Shown: positions 61,433-64,000 of the stretch, one piece after another
Numbering within the stretch: position 1 is the stretch's first letter
Layout of the letters: each line of letters begins with the position of its first letter
From: Planctomycetota bacterium
GTDB lineage: Bacteria; Planctomycetota; UBA1135; UBA2386
Assembly (NCBI GenBank): GCA_965223545.1
Contig: OZ245006.1
Coordinates: 1,984,001-2,048,000, forward strand
Reading direction: 5' to 3'
DNA length: 64,000 nt
Translations under genes and position numbers: made by a program
Notes under the pieces: generated by a model
What the model saw: the letters and a program-made list of their open reading frames with translations, nothing else
Told to the model about the DNA's origin: nothing
The model's database searches: none

Positions 61433-64000
61433 ATGCCCCCCGACGCCCATCTCGAGCGCATTCTCGAACAGTGCTACAGCGAGATCATCGCCGGCCGCAC
61501 ACCCGACATCGGCCGCCTGTGCAGTTCGGACGCCGACCTGGAACGGCGCGTGCGGCAGATCCTCGCGCGCGAGCAAGCTGCATGGGACGGGGCCGCTGAC
61601 ACTCCTCCCAGCGGCTCGGCGACGCTGCGGATCCCCCCACGCGCCATCGGCGACTACGACATCATCGCCCCGTTGGGCTCGGGGGGGATGGGCGACGTCT
61701 ACGTCGCCGAACAGCGCTCGCTGAAACGCCGAGTCGCCCTCAAGCTGCTGCGTTTCGGCACCGAACGGCGCGCCAGCGTTCTTCGCTTTCGCCGGGAAGC
61801 CGAAATCACGGGCGCCCTCGATCATCCGAACATCGTGCCGGTCTACGACACCGGCGAAGAGAACGGCGTGGTCTACCTCGCGATGAAGCTCCTGCGCGGC
61901 GACTCGCTGGCGCAGGGAACGTCACTGCCCCCCCGCCGCGTCGCCGAGATCGGAGCCCGCGTCGGCACAGCCCTGGAGGCCACCCACCGAGTCGGCGTCC
62001 TGCACCGCGACGTCAAGCCGGGCAACATCGTGCTCGCGGACGACACCCCCTATCTGCTCGACTTCGGCCTGGCGCGCCTCCGAGACCCAGCGTCCGCTCT
62101 CACCCAATCGCGCGAGGCGCCGGGAACGTTGGCCTACATGGCGCCCGAGACGCTGCGCTCGTCATCGCCGGTGTGGGACCCGAGAATCGATGTCTACGGT
62201 CTGGGCGCGACTCTGTGGGAGGCCGTGCGGGGCAAGCCGCCCTTTGACGCGTCGCTTGAGCCAGCACTGATCCGGCAGATCCTGACGGAAGAGCCACCGC
62301 GCCTCGGTCTCACCGGCGACGATCGCGACTTGGAGGTCGTGCTCCGACGCGCCCTCGAAAAAGAGCCGGCACGACGCTACCCGACGGCTGCAGCCCTCGC
62401 CGACGACTTGCAGCGCTTCGCCGATGGCAGGCCGATCCTCGCCCGCCCGCCCGGCCCGGTCGAACGGCTGCGCCGGCGCGCGCGACGCAACCCCGCCGCC
62501 GCCGCCCTCCTCGGGCTCGTCGCCATCGCGAGCTGCATCGCGCTCGGCTTCGCCGTGGATGCACGTCGCAGTCGAGCCGCCGCGATCCGCGAGGGGAGTG
62601 CGCAGGTCCAAGACAACCTGCGGCGAGGGTTTCTCAACGCCGCCACCAGCCAGCTCCAGCGCCTGCGCACGACGCACGGCGAAACGCCCGTCCTCCGTGG
62701 CCTCGACCGCGAACTGAGGTCCGCACAGTCGGTCTTCGCACTCCACGCACACCTCGCACGCGCCCCCGGGGATTATGCCAGCAACACGCTGCAGGACCTG
62801 TCGGCGCAGCTCGCAGCGAATCCACCCGCCGACAACCCGAGCCTCGCCGCCCTGACGCTAGCAGCGGCCGACCTGCGCCTGGCTCGACCAGAGCGCGCAC
62901 GCGAGCGCCTAGCCTCGGTCGAACCCTCGAAGTATCCACGCGCGACCGCGGTGTTGTCCGCGATCGCAAGCGGCGGGGATGCGGGTGTGATCTCATCGAT
63001 TCGCACGGACCTGCCGACGGCGGAAGACGAAGATCACGACCGCTTTCTGGCGACGGTCGGCCTGTGGGTCGCCGGTCGACCATGGCAGGAGCTCTGGCAG
63101 CAAGTCGAGCGCTCCCCAACCCAATCCAACTCGAGCCTCACGTTACTCCGAACCACGCTGCTGGTCCGCGCCGGCCGGTTTCCGACTGCCTACGAGGCTC
63201 TTGCGCAAGTCGCGAAGCAAGCCGCCACCCGCCCGCTCGCGGTCGCGAGTCAAGCCAGGATCGCCGCAACGCTCGGAAGAGGAGCCGCGGCTCGCCGCCA
63301 CCTGACCGAGCTCGCCGCAGTGCTCGACTCCGCGACCACGCAAGGCGTGCAGTCCATCCTTACGATGTCCACGCTGGAGGCCTTGCGCAGCCTGCGCGAA
63401 TACGAGGACTTCTGGGCCACGTGGGACGGCGCCTCATCCCTGACGACGGTCGCGCGTTACTGGCTCGAAGGGGCGTACGTTTCGCTTGGCCAAGGCAACA
63501 CCGCCCGGGGGCTCGAGTTGCTCCACCGCGCGCTCGCCTGTCCTGAGATCGACGACGACACGCGTCGCCTCGTGGACCTGGCAATCGTGCAGGCGGAACT
63601 CACCGAGACCGTGGCCAGCTTGGGGCAAACCGTGTCCGCCCTCGACCCCGATGCCCGGCTGACACAACGCGACGCGCTGCGGAGCATCTCGATCCGGGCC
63701 GCGGACGTCGCCGCTCGCTTCGTCGGCCACGGCAGCCATTCCCTGCGCGCGGACGCGCAGCTGACCGCCGCGCGCGCCCACTTTGCTCTGGAGGAAGACG
63801 CCGCTGGTTGGCGCATGCTGCGAGAGGCATGCCGCGCTCCCGACCACGCCAACGCCTACAGCGTGTTTGCAAGCGAGATCGTCCGCAGGCTCCACGAGCC
63901 CGATCGCGTCCTCTTGCACAATCCCGATCTGACGACCGCGGATCTGACCGACGCGGCAATCCGCTACTCACGTGCCGTCCTCGCCGAGCACGACGAAAGC
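61433..64000 (+). CDS. Hanks-type Ser/Thr protein kinase with TM and helical C-terminus (runs off the window edge)
   Basis: Own translation: LGSGGMGDVY, VALK, HPNIV, HRDVKPGN, DFGLA, GTLAYMAPE and DVYGLG. Absent from the ORF track because it is open at the edge. Confidence 0.92.
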   Translation, partial: MPPDAHLERILEQCYSEIIAGRTPDIGRLCSSDADLERRVRQILAREQAAWDGAADTPPSGSATLRIPPRAIGDYDIIAPLGSGGMGDVYVAEQRSLKRRVALKLLRFGTERRASVLRFRREAEITGALDHPNIVPVYDTGEENGVVYLAMKLLRGDSLAQGTSLPPRRVAEIGARVGTALEATHRVGVLHRDVKPGNIVLADDTPYLLDFGLARLRDPASALTQSREAPGTLAYMAPETLRSSSPVWDPRIDVYGLGATLWEAVRGKPPFDASLEPALIRQILTEEPPRLGLTGDDRDLEVVLRRALEKEPARRYPTAAALADDLQRFADGRPILARPPGPVERLRRRARRNPAAAALLGLVAIASCIALGFAVDARRSRAAAIREGSAQVQDNLRRGFLNAATSQLQRLRTTHGETPVLRGLDRELRSAQSVFALHAHLARAPGDYASNTLQDLSAQLAANPPADNPSLAALTLAAADLRLARPERARERLASVEPSKYPRATAVLSAIASGGDAGVISSIRTDLPTAEDEDHDRFLATVGLWVAGRPWQELWQQVERSPTQSNSSLTLLRTTLLVRAGRFPTAYEALAQVAKQAATRPLAVASQARIAATLGRGAAARRHLTELAAVLDSATTQGVQSILTMSTLEALRSLREYEDFWATWDGASSLTTVARYWLEGAYVSLGQGNTARGLELLHRALACPEIDDDTRRLVDLAIVQAELTETVASLGQTVSALDPDARLTQRDALRSISIRAADVAARFVGHGSHSLRADAQLTAARAHFALEEDAAGWRMLREACRAPDHANAYSVFASEIVRRLHEPDRVLLHNPDLTTADLTDAAIRYSRAVLAEHDES

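Overview
A high-GC bacterial chromosomal window, probably from the Planctomycetota. That assignment is inferred from the groEL-groES-groEL-dnaJ-grpE cluster, an ECF sigma factor near a Ser/Thr kinase, an ECF with a long extension, and prenyltransferase-repeat, NPCBM, VWA and FG-GAP proteins. Most of the window holds housekeeping and envelope genes: Sdh1-type succinate dehydrogenase, miaE, chaperones, trkA, lpxB, a dapC-like aminotransferase, lepB, ribH-nusB-ftsY, and polysaccharide-related oxidoreductase and methyltransferases. The standout is a visibly lower-GC island of about 3.4 kb (about 33030-36410) with a tight minus-strand operon of three genes: a MelC1-like caddie protein, a tyrosinase and an ATP-grasp ligase. 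The tyrosinase carries a C-terminal tail of seven plesiocin-like (T/S)xxxx(E/D) repeats, including TTLRVGEE and TTLRLGEE, and ends in SPFGGF. This looks like a graspetide (omega-ester RiPP) precursor fused to an enzyme and encoded beside its macrocyclase. Other notable features are a 205 bp two-hairpin dispersed repeat (3 full copies and 1 partial) sitting at TGA stop codons, sigma54-type promoters before groEL and before a His-rich mini-lipoprotein, an LpxB-rhodanese fusion, a GH95-like protein lacking its catalytic barrel, and a C-terminal module shared by four secreted proteins. All calls come from reading motifs by eye; no database searches were run.
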